Assembly: GCA_964016885.1 (NCBI GenBank)
Contig: OZ024744.1
Location: forward strand, 102,548,001-102,612,000
Direction of reading: 5' to 3'
DNA from: Eledone cirrhosa
Taxonomy: Eukaryota
Length of the DNA stretch: 64,000 bases
Shown here one piece after another: positions 53,450-64,000 of this stretch (its first letter is position 1; every line of letters starts with the position of its first letter). The notes below the pieces were generated by a model. The model made no database searches. It saw only the letters and a program-made list of their open reading frames with translations, and was not told where the DNA came from. The position numbers and the translations under genes are program-made.

Positions 53450-54675
53450 TCGGGTCACTCTTGAGTGCTACTGGTAACATGTAACCCAGTACAACCTGTC
53501 GCATGGTCGGATTGTCGGCGACTAAATCGGCAACCCCACCAAGTTTACTTGGTGAGGAGATGATTTTGGACACCCTGCAGGACAAAAAACAAAACCTGAC
53601 AAAGGGCGGAAGAACTCATAAGAGTCAACGGCCATCCAAAAGTGTGTTAATATGTATATATACATGTACATATGTATGTATCAGGGGCGAAGGTTCTGAG
53701 CATGCAACTAATGCAGTGCATGCATAATAGAATCTTGAGGTGATCAATTGCGTCGGTTGAAGCAAGCAGAATTGTGGCTGCTTACTAAATCGTAGACACA
53801 TAAAAAGATAACACACACACACGCACACACACACACAAAATAACACTACATGCGGCTTTGACCGGGAGGGTCATTTAGAAGGAATTGGGGGGGGGGGGGG
53901 GTAATGCTGCACAGCTCCACTTTCCGCCATGGCGATTGGACTGCATGCCCTGCTTTCCAGGTTACCCTTCTCCACTGGTATGTATATGTGTATATACATG
54001 GGTGTATGTGTATGTATATGCGCGGGGACATAGAAATAGTCTGAACACCCGATCGAGCGGTTAAACCACTGGGAGTGAAGAACCCCTAGCCTTTGTCAGG
54101 GCATTCTTCTAGAAGAAAGCAAATCAGGAAACTGGGATAACTCCCATATAAAACCTGCGGCTCAGTAGTTACCGATGATGTTGATCTGTTCTTCTTTTCG
54201 GGTTATAGCTACTGTCTCTCAGAGAGTGGGATTGGCTCAGTGCACAGTCTTTCCTCACTTTAAAATAGATCTTCACACACAGGCATTCCACGATAGAATT
54301 AATTAATAATTATTAATAATGGTAAATCGTGCAATAGCCATACTCGATAACGAGGAGGCAGCCATCATCATCATGTATGTATGTACTGGCTTTGTAGGAC
54401 TGGCTTTGTGCAGTGCCTTTGCTCACTATAAAAGCTTCACGGCACAGGCATTGCTTTATATCTGGAGATCTCTCTGCACTTGTCATCACATGAAACCATA
54501 GTACCATGGGCCCTGCACTATGTGTCAATAATTGTCAGAGGTGTAGTGTTTGTACCAGAGTTTTCAAGTCGCTGGCTGGACAAAAAAGTCACACTCGTTC
54601 AGCGCATCGGTAGGGGTTCTCCTACATAGATATAAAGTAGTGGCCGTACTCGAAAACGAGTTGGCAGCCACCATG
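53450..54675 (+). mobile_element. Two consecutive RTE-derived non-autonomous elements; the first is interrupted by other repeats at about 53680-53978
   Basis: Homologous to 34030-34645 and 20550-20822. Confidence 0.75.
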
Positions 54676-54687
54676 TATATATATATA

Positions 54688-57160
54688 TATCATCATCATC
54701 ATCACTGTTTAAGATCAATTCTTCCGTGCTAGCATGGGTTAGACGAGTTGTCCTGTTGTGAGCAATGCCAGGTCAGTTGATCATGTCTTGCTCATACAGA
54801 ACTGATTTTGGTTTGGTTCCTACAGATGGATGCCCTTCCGAACACCAACCACTTTACTGTGTGGACTGGGTGCTTTTGGTTGTAATACCTACACAAATAC
54901 TTTACAGTGTAGGCTGGGTACTTTTTGCCATGTCACCATCATCACTTTATAGTGTGGACTGGAGGCTTCACTAGATGTGTGCTTCAGCGTGACCTCATGG
55001 AGATGTATGGCAGGGTGGGGTGGTGTGAGGGTGGTGCATGCTATATATATGCTTCACCTTCAGCCTGTACCCATGAAAGGTGCAATTGTGCAAGGTCAGC
55101 TTTAATCACTTCATCCCAAGTCTTCCTGGGTCTCCCTACTTCAAGGCTTCCATTGACTTTGAGTGCCCTGCACCTTTTTATACAGCTGTCATCCTTCATA
55201 TGCATCACATGTCCATACCAACGTCATCTCCTCTCCTGCACACAGCATTTGATTTCTCTTATGCCTAGTTTCTCTCTCAGTTCATTTATTTTTACCACTT
55301 ATGTATACTATTACACATCCATCAGAGCATGCAAGCTTCATTTCCTTCCAATCTACACAAGTCTTCTGCACACAGTGCCCAGGTTTCATTTCTATGCAAC
55401 ATTGCTATTTATATGAATGCATCATACAGTCTGCCTTTCATTTTGAGGGAAAAGCTTTTTGCAGCTAGCAGTGGTAGCGGCTCCCTGAATTTCTTCCACC
55501 CTGTACTTACCCTGGTTACTGTACTTTCAGAACACCCACCCCCGCTGCTAATTAGGTTACCTAGGTATCAGAAGCTGTCTACTGTTTCTACTGAGCCCTC
55601 CAAGAATTTGATAGTGCTTGTTTCCTGTGGTCGTTTGCTGTTTACTGTCCTGATACAACTGCTACATGTAAAGCTTACATTCTTAGCTAAACTACCTGAG
55701 ATCCCACTACATCGCTTGTGTACCAATAGTTTGTATTTGGGACAGAGGATGGAATTTCTACCTACACCTTTCCTACACACTGACAAAGGCCATTTCCCTG
55801 AGGAGATCAGGATTCTGTTTACTCTTCTACTTACTAGGACCTTAGTCATTGTCAGGTTGACTTTGATACCCCGTGTTTTCTAGGCCTTGCTTCCATGTTT
55901 GGAATTTCTTTTCTAGTTTCACCATAGACTCCACTATGGGCATAAGATCATCCATGTACAAGAGTTTCCATGGGCAGCCAGTCTTAAACTCCTCTGTAAT
56001 AACCTACAGTATGATAATAAACACGACAGGGCTAAGAACAGCCCTGGTGGATGCCAGCCTGCACGCTAGATTCCTTTCTATATTCATTAATCCTAACTTT
56101 GCTGATTGTTCCCCTATATATGGCTTGTACAGCCTTCACAAGCCACTCGTCTATTCCTAGTTTTCTTAGAGCCCACCAGATTATGGCATGAGGCACTCTG
56201 TCAAAAGCTTTCTCCAGATCAACACATGTTAGGTAGAGCGGCTTATTTTCAGCTGCATACTTTTTCTGTAGCTGCTTCACCAGGATAAGAGCATCTGTGG
56301 TGCCTTTGCCTGGTACAAATCCAAACTGCATCTTATTCAGATTAACCTGATCCCTAATCAGTTGTGCTATAACTCTTTTATTTTAATGACCTGGTCCATC
56401 AGCTTGATGCCTCTATAGTTTCCTCTATCTAGTGCATCTCCTTTACCCTTGTAACAGTTAACAATGATGCTGCTGTGCCAATCATTAGGTATGACACAAT
56501 TTAGTATTACTTGGTTAACAATACGTGTGGTTAAGGTGTGACCTACCAACCCAGATGCTTTCAGCATCTTGTCAATTATTCCCAATGGATTGGCTGCTTT
56601 CCCAGTCTTCATATCCTTCATTGCTTACTTATTATACTGTTGGGCCCTCTGTAGGGTCCACTTGGGGGTAGGGTCTCTTTCTCCCATGTATTCTCCTCAA
56701 TCAATAAACTTTTATAATGACTCTTCCATGCAGATTTCTTTTTGGCACTTGTGAGGACAAGTGAACCTTTATCAACCCAGACACACTTCTCACCAATGAC
56801 ATCACGATTTTCCCTAACACACTGCCTCACAATCCTGAACACCTCATGTTTCTGGTCCTCACGCTGCAAACATGCTTGAATTTTTTTATCCTCTGCTTCA
56901 CTCCTTGCAAAGTATACTTGTCACCTAGCTCTTCCCCTGGCCTCTATCTAATGTACCCTGCTTTCCCCATTTTTCCATTTTTCCATGCCTGTTTCTTGGC
57001 CTTAATTGTTATATCTACCTTATTGTTCCACCACAAGTCACTCACCTTCTCTCTGTAGCCGTGCTCCATCCACACTTCTTGTCTGTCACCTTCAGTAGAT
57101 TATCCTTCAGGAACTCCCAATGCTCTTCTATATTGAATGTCTCTATCTGTTTTCTTTACT
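54688..57160 (-). mobile_element. 5'-truncated, decayed RTE-1 LINE with SINE-like 3' segment
   Basis: ORFs QFGFVPGKGTTDA...VDLEKAFDRVP, NYRGIKLMDQV and CRKGVGRNSILC; (CAT)n tail. Confidence 0.9.
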
Positions 57161-57922
57161 GTCAGAGGCTGTGGGGCTGCCGTGAGGGAAGTGCCAGATC
57201 TTGGGAGACACCTTACCAGAAGCAGAGGGATGAGTGATGTCACATGAAGGTTCAGAGCCTGTTGACTACCTCTTTTCCCTCAGGATGTGGTTGAGTGCAG
57301 ACATGTTGTGCTAATGTGAGTGAGCGAGGTTCTAGTAACCACAGTTTGATGTAAGTCACGTGGACTGTGGAAGACTCGGTCTGGAGTAAATTGAAGATAC
57401 AAGAAAAGTCTGACTGCTTCTGGTTACATGGGCGTCAAGTAAAATATCTCTAAATCTGTTACTGGCTGAGGGCTCTTTCAGCTTCCATATCTTTCTCCTA
57501 GAGGCTGGCTTCTGTCTTTGTATTGCTGTGGTTTGATTGGTCTAAGAGGCTAAGGTGGTGTGTAGGATTGGGAGGGTGGAAAATGGCAAGGTAAGTGAAT
57601 GGTTCAGCATTTATAGGAAGCATGAAATAAATATATGGAAAGGATAGAAAGCATGGAATAAATACATGGAAAAGTTAGAGCTGTTGTTTATATAAATTTG
57701 GAATTCATAAATTGTAGACAAGCCTAGAAATGGCGTTGGAGAGGACTACATACTTATTGGTTCAGACAGTGAGTAGGGATGGAACGAAATGAAACGGGTT
57801 AGTTTTGGTTGAATCTCTAATATATATATATATATAATTCAAATTATAAGATATATGTGTATATATAGAGAGAGAAAGAACCATATATTGTTAGAGGATT
57901 ACATAGTATTCTGTACATATAT

Positions 57923-58238
57923 ATAACGCACTTAATATCTAGGAAAAAGTACATACTTTAAGGTGGAAATATTCTTATTTTCCTAATGGTACTGCTTCAT
58001 AGTTTGTAAACTGAAGCAAAATTCCTATTTTGTTGAGCTGCTTATACTGTGATTAATACTTCACACCTCTTTCTTTGGGTCTTCCATAGGTTTACTAAAA
58101 TCGCAAATTGGCAATTGATAATAAATTACTTAGATCGATTTTTACTTCAGTTTACGAACTATGGAATGGTACCGTAAGGAAATAAGAACTCATCCACCTT
58201 AAAATATGTTCTTTTTCATAAATATTATATGCTTTATA
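57923..58238. repeat. Degenerate fold-back repeat
   Basis: tttaaggtgga...catagtttgtaaactgaag is inverted as cttcagtttacgaactatg...tccaccttaaa. Confidence 0.65.
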
Positions 58239-58427
58239 TTCTACCGAGTGCACAGGGGAGGTTGTCATGTTCACGACACAACTGAAGGGTCCTCCCAACC
58301 CTCCGATACAGATCGAACTTTGAGCTGATCAATAGTGAAACGTGCATCACTAATCAATAAACGTAATGAAGGCTTAACAAATCATTCTTGTATTATTATT
58401 ATTATTATTATATTACACTCTGAAATA

Positions 58428-58822
58428 TGGCGGTGGATTGGCAGTATCGGTAGAGGGTCGGTGTCATGCTTTGACGCATAGAGTTACGGCCCTTGCCATT
58501 CTAAGTTCAAATCCCGCCGAGGTTAACTTTGCCTTTCATCCTTACGGGGTCGATAAAATAAAGTACCAGTAATACACTGGGATAATTGCTGGCCTTGTGC
58601 CAAAAGTAGAAACAATTATATTACACTCTGTAATGTGGATTGGCAGCATTGGTAGAGGGTTGGACGCCATCCTTTGCAGCACAGTTACGTCCCTTTACGG
58701 ACTGAGTTCAAATCCCGTCGAGGTTAACTTTGCCTTTCATCCTTACGGGGGTCGATAAAATAAAGTACCAGTAATGTACTGGGTAATTGCTGGCCTTGTG
58801 CCAAAAGTAGAAACAATTATTA
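58428..58822 (+). mobile_element. Tandem pair of tRNA-derived SINEs (Meta-domain-like body)
   Basis: Two complete units ggattggcag...gagttcaaatcccg...gtagaaacaattat, each followed by tattacac. Confidence 0.88.
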
Positions 58823-59217
58823 TATTACACACTGTTTAGCTCTACACCCCGCCACTGATATGAACCTAAATATCGAGTGCTCACCTGGGTAAACCACAGT
58901 AACTTCACGTTACACTCCCTTCATATATATATATATCAAGAGAGAAAAGAGGAACGATAGATAGATATTGTATATATTATTAGGGTCATACTCTAAAGAA
59001 ATTGATATCTTTGCAGTTTTTCCCAGCTGTTGTCATCATTGATCATTCAAGCATTTTGCATATAAATTGCAATTTTGAATATAAATTTACTATTTAACTA
59101 TGTCCGTCTTTATTGATTTTGATATGTTGCTCATATATAAATGTTGTTGTTGTTGTTGTACTCACATATAAAAAAATATTGCTGTACTCACATATATCAG
59201 TTGATAAATACAACTAG

Positions 59218-59500
59218 GTGGAGGCACGTGGCCTAGTGGTAAGGGTGTTGGACTTGCGGTCATAATGTCGTGGGTTTGATTCCTGGGTTGCGTGTTGTGT
59301 TCTTGAGCAAAACACTTCATTTCACGTTGCTCCAGTATACTCAGCTGAAAATGAGTAGCAGTAATAGCTGGGGGTTTAACCCTGCAATGGACTGGCGTCC
59401 TGTCCAGGGGGGAGTCTTGTACTCTCAGTCGCTTCACGCCGTGAAACCGGGATAAGCACCGGCCAAATGAGCCTTCTGGCTTAAGACAGACTTTAGACTT
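59218..59500 (+). mobile_element. tRNA-derived SINE (CORE-like body)
   Basis: A-box tggcctagtgg, B-box ggtttgattcc, gtgttcttgagcaaaacactt, ccctgcaatggactggcgtcctgtccaggg, tail gaaaccgggataagc. Confidence 0.85.
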
Positions 59501-60493
59501 AGAAATACAACTAGTCATACAGTTTAGCATCTGTTGTGATGGTTATAAGATTGAGAAATTAGTTTTATGAAACTACTGCAGTGAGTAGTAATGGACTTAT
59601 AAACTATTGGATCAGAGGTATTCTACTGAAGACTTCTTCTTCATGTAGTGCAGAGGCTCTCAAACTTTTTGGAGCCACTGCTCTCCTAGTGGCCACATAA
59701 TACCCTCAGCGCTCCCAACCCTATTTCCAGAGAGACCTGCCTACACGTAAATTGTAAATAATGTATAATAAATAAAATCGTTAACTGATATATAATAAAT
59801 AACATATGTACTATCTGTAAATAAATATTATATATTTTGTATTTTACTATATTTATATATAATATGTATCATTTGATACTTGATATACTATTATATCTCT
59901 AACACTTCACCCCTTAGTGTTCCCTGGACCTTCTCACCCCCCCCCTCCTCTCCCGTACTAGTGTTTCAAGTGTATGGCAAATGACAGAGGTTTTAGTCTA
60001 ACCTAAGTCACATCAATGGGAGGAACTGAATTCAACTCTGCATGTTGATGAAACAATTTTACATCGCTCCTGTTGATTATAGCAATAAACTCTTCAAATT
60101 TATGTACCTACCTAGAGCTCAATGAGCTGAGCTGGTGAAAATAAAGTATTTTGGCTACATACTATGAAGTGTTAACCCTTTAGCTCCCTATCTCTAAGCT
60201 CAGGTATCCACAGCTCAATTAATTACTAGCAGCAGTATCTGGCTTTGCCCAAGTTTATTAATACCTAAAACCTATACAATCACATGATTTCTCGATATTA
60301 TGGATCTTCTCTTTCTTCTTAAACCATGGTAGAGTTGTAGAGGCAGCTGTAGTGACATATGGCAGCGTTACTTGGGCCTTTTGTTTAAACCTGGTGTAGC
60401 CCATCCCCTCTCCAGATCTGAATATGGCCAATTTCTTCCAGAGTCAGGAGGGTGATATAGAGGAAGAATCAACACCAGTATTAGACTGGTACA

Positions 60494-60591
<98 letters not shown>

Positions 60592-60623
60592 TATATATAT
60601 ATGCATACATACACACACATATA

Positions 60624-61208
60624 TCTGTATATATATAAAAATCTAGTTTTCTGTATGTGTGTGTGGACAATTTTTAATGAGGGCTCATATATTCTAAACC
60701 ATTCATACGATTTCTTTAAAATTTTTTACAGAGCTTCTCCTTGCACAAAACCTGTACATGATCTACAAAGGCTTTCAAAAATCGATATTGGGGCCTTTGG
60801 AGACATTAAAAAGTTTCGGTTATTTGTGTCAATTTTCGTGATTAAGTAAGACAAGAGTTATCTTTCGTCAATACAATAGGAACTCATTTTTGATGTTGTC
60901 AAAAATTTTGTTGGGGGATTTTGATTATTACAATTCGGCTCATTCGGATTTTACTTTACTCTTTGTACTTGAAACAAAAGGTTTTACTGTTGTCAAACAA
61001 ATTTATACCTAGACTGGATTTCTGTTGTTACATGGGATAACGGATGACACTGAGTTCATATATTAATTATTTCGCTGGAATAGTGCCTTAAGTTTTCATG
61101 TTTACATAAAGTACGTTTTTCTTCTTTGTATTCAAATTTATTTTGTTTAGTTTAATGAGCTACATCGAAAGCTACTTGAACCGTCCAAAGGACGCGTACT
61201 TTAGCTAG
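60624..61208 (+). mobile_element. Non-autonomous Helitron
   Basis: 5' TC, 3' hairpin cgtcc-aaa-ggacg followed by CTAG|T. Confidence 0.65.
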
Positions 61209-61360
61209 TATATATATATACACACAGATACATTGTAGGTCGCTTTAACCCATCTTTTATTATTCAAAAAACTTCTTGCCAATAAACATTAACCCTTTGT
61301 GCGCCATTCATCTAACTGTCGACCAACAAATACCAACTAAACGGAGCGTTGACAAGAACG

Positions 61361-61380
61361 ATGGCGAATGAATCTTCGAG
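61361..61380 (+). CDS. Candidate first coding exon (MANESS...) of an unidentified gene
   Basis: acgATGG start context, GAG|GTAAGC donor, CpG-rich unique-looking sequence at 61230-61500; no downstream exon could be confirmed. Confidence 0.3.
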
Positions 61381-61495
61381 GTAAGCAGTTTCCTCTCGAG
61401 CTGTTAGTTCACGCGGGATTCTCTGCTACACCTTTTCGTAATAATACCGAACAACGTACTGCTGGTCACTCCTTTCTCCGAAAGCCATACAAAGC

Positions 61496-61557
<62 letters not shown>

Positions 61558-61919
61558 TTGATATATCTCATATGAAATAATACAGCCAATTTTCCACACA
61601 ATACAATTAGTTAGCACCCCGAACGTTTAATTAGGAATATACTCATTTATTTCCTAATGTTTGTTGAGTGAGTTGGGATTTGGCTGGAGTATCGCTATTA
61701 GCTTTCCTCGATAATGTATTTATATATATATATATATTTGTTATAAGAACAGATTAAAGTTTAAGCAAAGAATCGTTGCTTTCATCATTAATGGGATCTT
61801 CTGAAACTAAAAAGTTTAATCTGTGAACGCAGAAGTAAATATTTTGAGAAACGTTGCAACCGAAGGAAAACAGGCAGACGATATTTTGGTTCGTGAAGAC
61901 GTTCCTGGTAATGAACCTT

Positions 61920-62343
61920 ATGCATTTCTACAGTATTTTCACCAAACTTAAGACATAGGTTACTTATGTACTCCTGATGGTCATGGGCACTTTCATTTTT
62001 CCAGATATTGATTATAGGGCCTCCCGGCAGATAACCCCCTTCAACCGCTTCCTTGGAGTCGACTGAAGCACTGCAGTGCAATGCAACAAAACGTCATAAC
62101 TTCTGGAGTTTGCAACCGATTTTCACAAAACTTGACACATGGGCCACGTTTGTTCTACAGATGAATGTTAACTCTCAGAATTGGCACATATTGAATAGAG
62201 GAACCCTGGGGGAAGAAACCCTCTTTTGGAAAAAGCCGATAATTTTGTAAAAGTATAGTTTTCAAAGCAGCACTGAAGTATTTACATAAATGGTATACAT
62301 AACTGCTATTTAATACCCGAGCAACGCTGGGTACTTCTGCTAG
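61920..62343 (+). mobile_element. Non-autonomous Helitron 3' part
   Basis: Hairpin tacccg..agcaacgct..gggta then ctgCTAG|T. Confidence 0.6.
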
Positions 62344-62864
62344 TTATGAATAAATTGCTTTATAAACATGCTGACAATCTTTAGTTATTCCGGATATATT
62401 GATTCACTGAGAACTGTTGTGTTCAAGTTAAACAGCAAAAATATATATAAAAAAATAACAAACATGAAACTTAAAATGAAATTTTACTCTTATTTTTTTT
62501 GTCTGGAAAAGCAAGCTTTTTTTCTTCTTCAAAATAGTGTGCTAATTTACATATAATTATTTCTTTAATCAGTAACTTTTTCCAATGCCTATTGCAGAGC
62601 TTAGTGGTATCAAATATTCTTTTTTTATTTTACTGACAGGAATTAATAATAAAATACTTGTGAACGTCACTTAGACTATGGCATTCTTCCCCAAAAAGAT
62701 ATGTCACTATCAAAAATTTCAGTTACTTTGGTGCAAAACTATGGCCTACAACTTGGAACATACATACGTATGTATGTTTATATACATCATATATATATAT
62801 ATATATTTGAAAAAAAGGAAAAGAATGACTTCACTTGTAGTGCTAAATAATTTTATTTAATTTT

Positions 62865-63256
62865 ATAATTGTTTCTACTTTTGGCACAAGGCCAGCAATT
62901 ACCCAGTACATTACTGGTACTTTATTTTATCGATCCCGTAAGGATGAAAGGCAAAGTCAACCTCGGCGGCATTTGAACTCAGATCGTAAAGGGACGTAAC
63001 TATGCTGGAAAGCATGGTGCCCGACCCTCTACCGATACTGCCAATCCAATATTATATTATGAGTAGGGCGGTGGATTGGCAGTATCGGTAGAGGGTCGGG
63101 CACCATGCTTTGAAGCATAGTGTTACCTCCCTTTATGATCTGAGTTCAAATCCCGCCGAGGTTAACTTTGCCTTTCATCCTCACGGGGTCGATAAAATAA
63201 AGTACCAGTAATACACTGGGTAATTGCTGGCCTTGTGCCAAAAGTAGAAACAATTA
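62865..63256. mobile_element. Head-to-head pair of tRNA-derived SINEs
   Basis: Minus copy at 62865-63050 and plus copy at 63067-63256 of the 58428 family. Confidence 0.88.
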
Positions 63257-63467
63257 TATTATGAGTTGGTAGATCTAGTAAGTTCTTTGTTAGGGATCTT
63301 TAAAATTCTTCCCACCTAAGTTAACAAAGAACTTACTAGATCTACCAACTCATAATATTATAATACTATAAAATTAAATCAAATTATTTAGCACTACAAG
63401 TGAAATCATTCTTTTCCTTTTTTTTTCAAATATACCTAACTGTACCAAGCATCTCACACATTTTCCA

Positions 63468-63530
<63 letters not shown>

Positions 63531-63536
<6 letters not shown>

Positions 63537-63653
63537 GATAACAGATTAAAGTTTAAGCAAAGAAGCGCTGCTTTCACCCTTAACGGGATAGAAGATCCCG
63601 TTAAGGGTGAAAGCAGCGATTTTTTGCTTAAACTTTAATCTGTTATTTTAATA
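63531..63653. repeat. Hairpin (about 58-bp arms) of a dispersed repeat
   Basis: ataacagattaaagtttaagc...cttaacgggat / atcccgttaag...gcttaaactttaatctgttat; single arms also at 38870-38932 and 61748-61805. Confidence 0.85.
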
Positions 63654-63815
63654 AATATTTGCTCTACGGTTCTTATATATTTGATATATATTTATCCTTA
63701 TCGAGCCCTCTTTGGATTTTAGTCTTCAAATTTATTATTATTACTATATATATATATATATATCATCATCATCATAATCTTCGTTTAACGTCCATCTTCC
63801 ACGCTAGCATGGGTT

Positions 63816-63873
<58 letters not shown>

Positions 63874-63940
63874 CATTCATGCATGCATACATGCATATAC
63901 ACATACCTACATACATACATGACATACATACATACATACA

Positions 63941-63973
<33 letters not shown>

Positions 63974-64000
63974 GATGGCTTCCCCCTCGTTATTGAGTAT

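Noticed and set aside
59218-59290. tRNA genes (this and other A/B-box heads)
   Set aside because: No complete cloverleaf; each continues into a SINE body and tail
59650-59720. hAT/Charlie MITE starting cagaggctctcaaactttt
   Set aside because: Only one end was seen; no matching right terminal repeat or 8-bp target-site duplication found
62640-62767. Coding exon bounded by tactgacag and gtatgt
   Set aside because: Stops in all frames from the acceptor; the sequence ending aaaatttcag...ggaacatacatac resembles the reverse-oriented 5' end of the non-autonomous Helitron-like repeats

Overview
AT-rich, microsatellite-laden animal genomic DNA. The SINE, RTE and Penelope repertoire suggests a coleoid cephalopod (octopus-like); this is an inference. 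No intact host protein-coding gene can be supported, and most ORFs in the track are (TA)n/(CA)n/(CAT)n artefacts. The window is a mosaic of decayed retroelements: RTE-1 and RTE-BovB LINEs, R4/Dong-type LINEs with a restriction-like (REL) endonuclease, a Penelope RT/GIY-YIG copy, tRNA-derived SINEs and RTE-derived bipartite non-autonomous elements. It also holds non-autonomous Helitrons, Tc2- and piggyBac-type MITEs, and a 35 x 106-bp satellite with a 9-monomer (953-bp) higher-order repeat. The most notable signals are: (i) about ten hammerhead-ribozyme motifs in Penelope-type, often fold-back repeats, one with a compensatory U3-A8 core; (ii) R4/Dong copies consistently flanked by (CATA)n; (iii) a 431-aa in-frame chimera of R4/Dong and RTE reverse-transcriptase segments; (iv) inverted Helitron CTAG|TC head-to-tail junctions; (v) many long local inverted repeats; (vi) a candidate CpG-rich first exon near 61.36 kb. 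Element boundaries were read by eye and are approximate.
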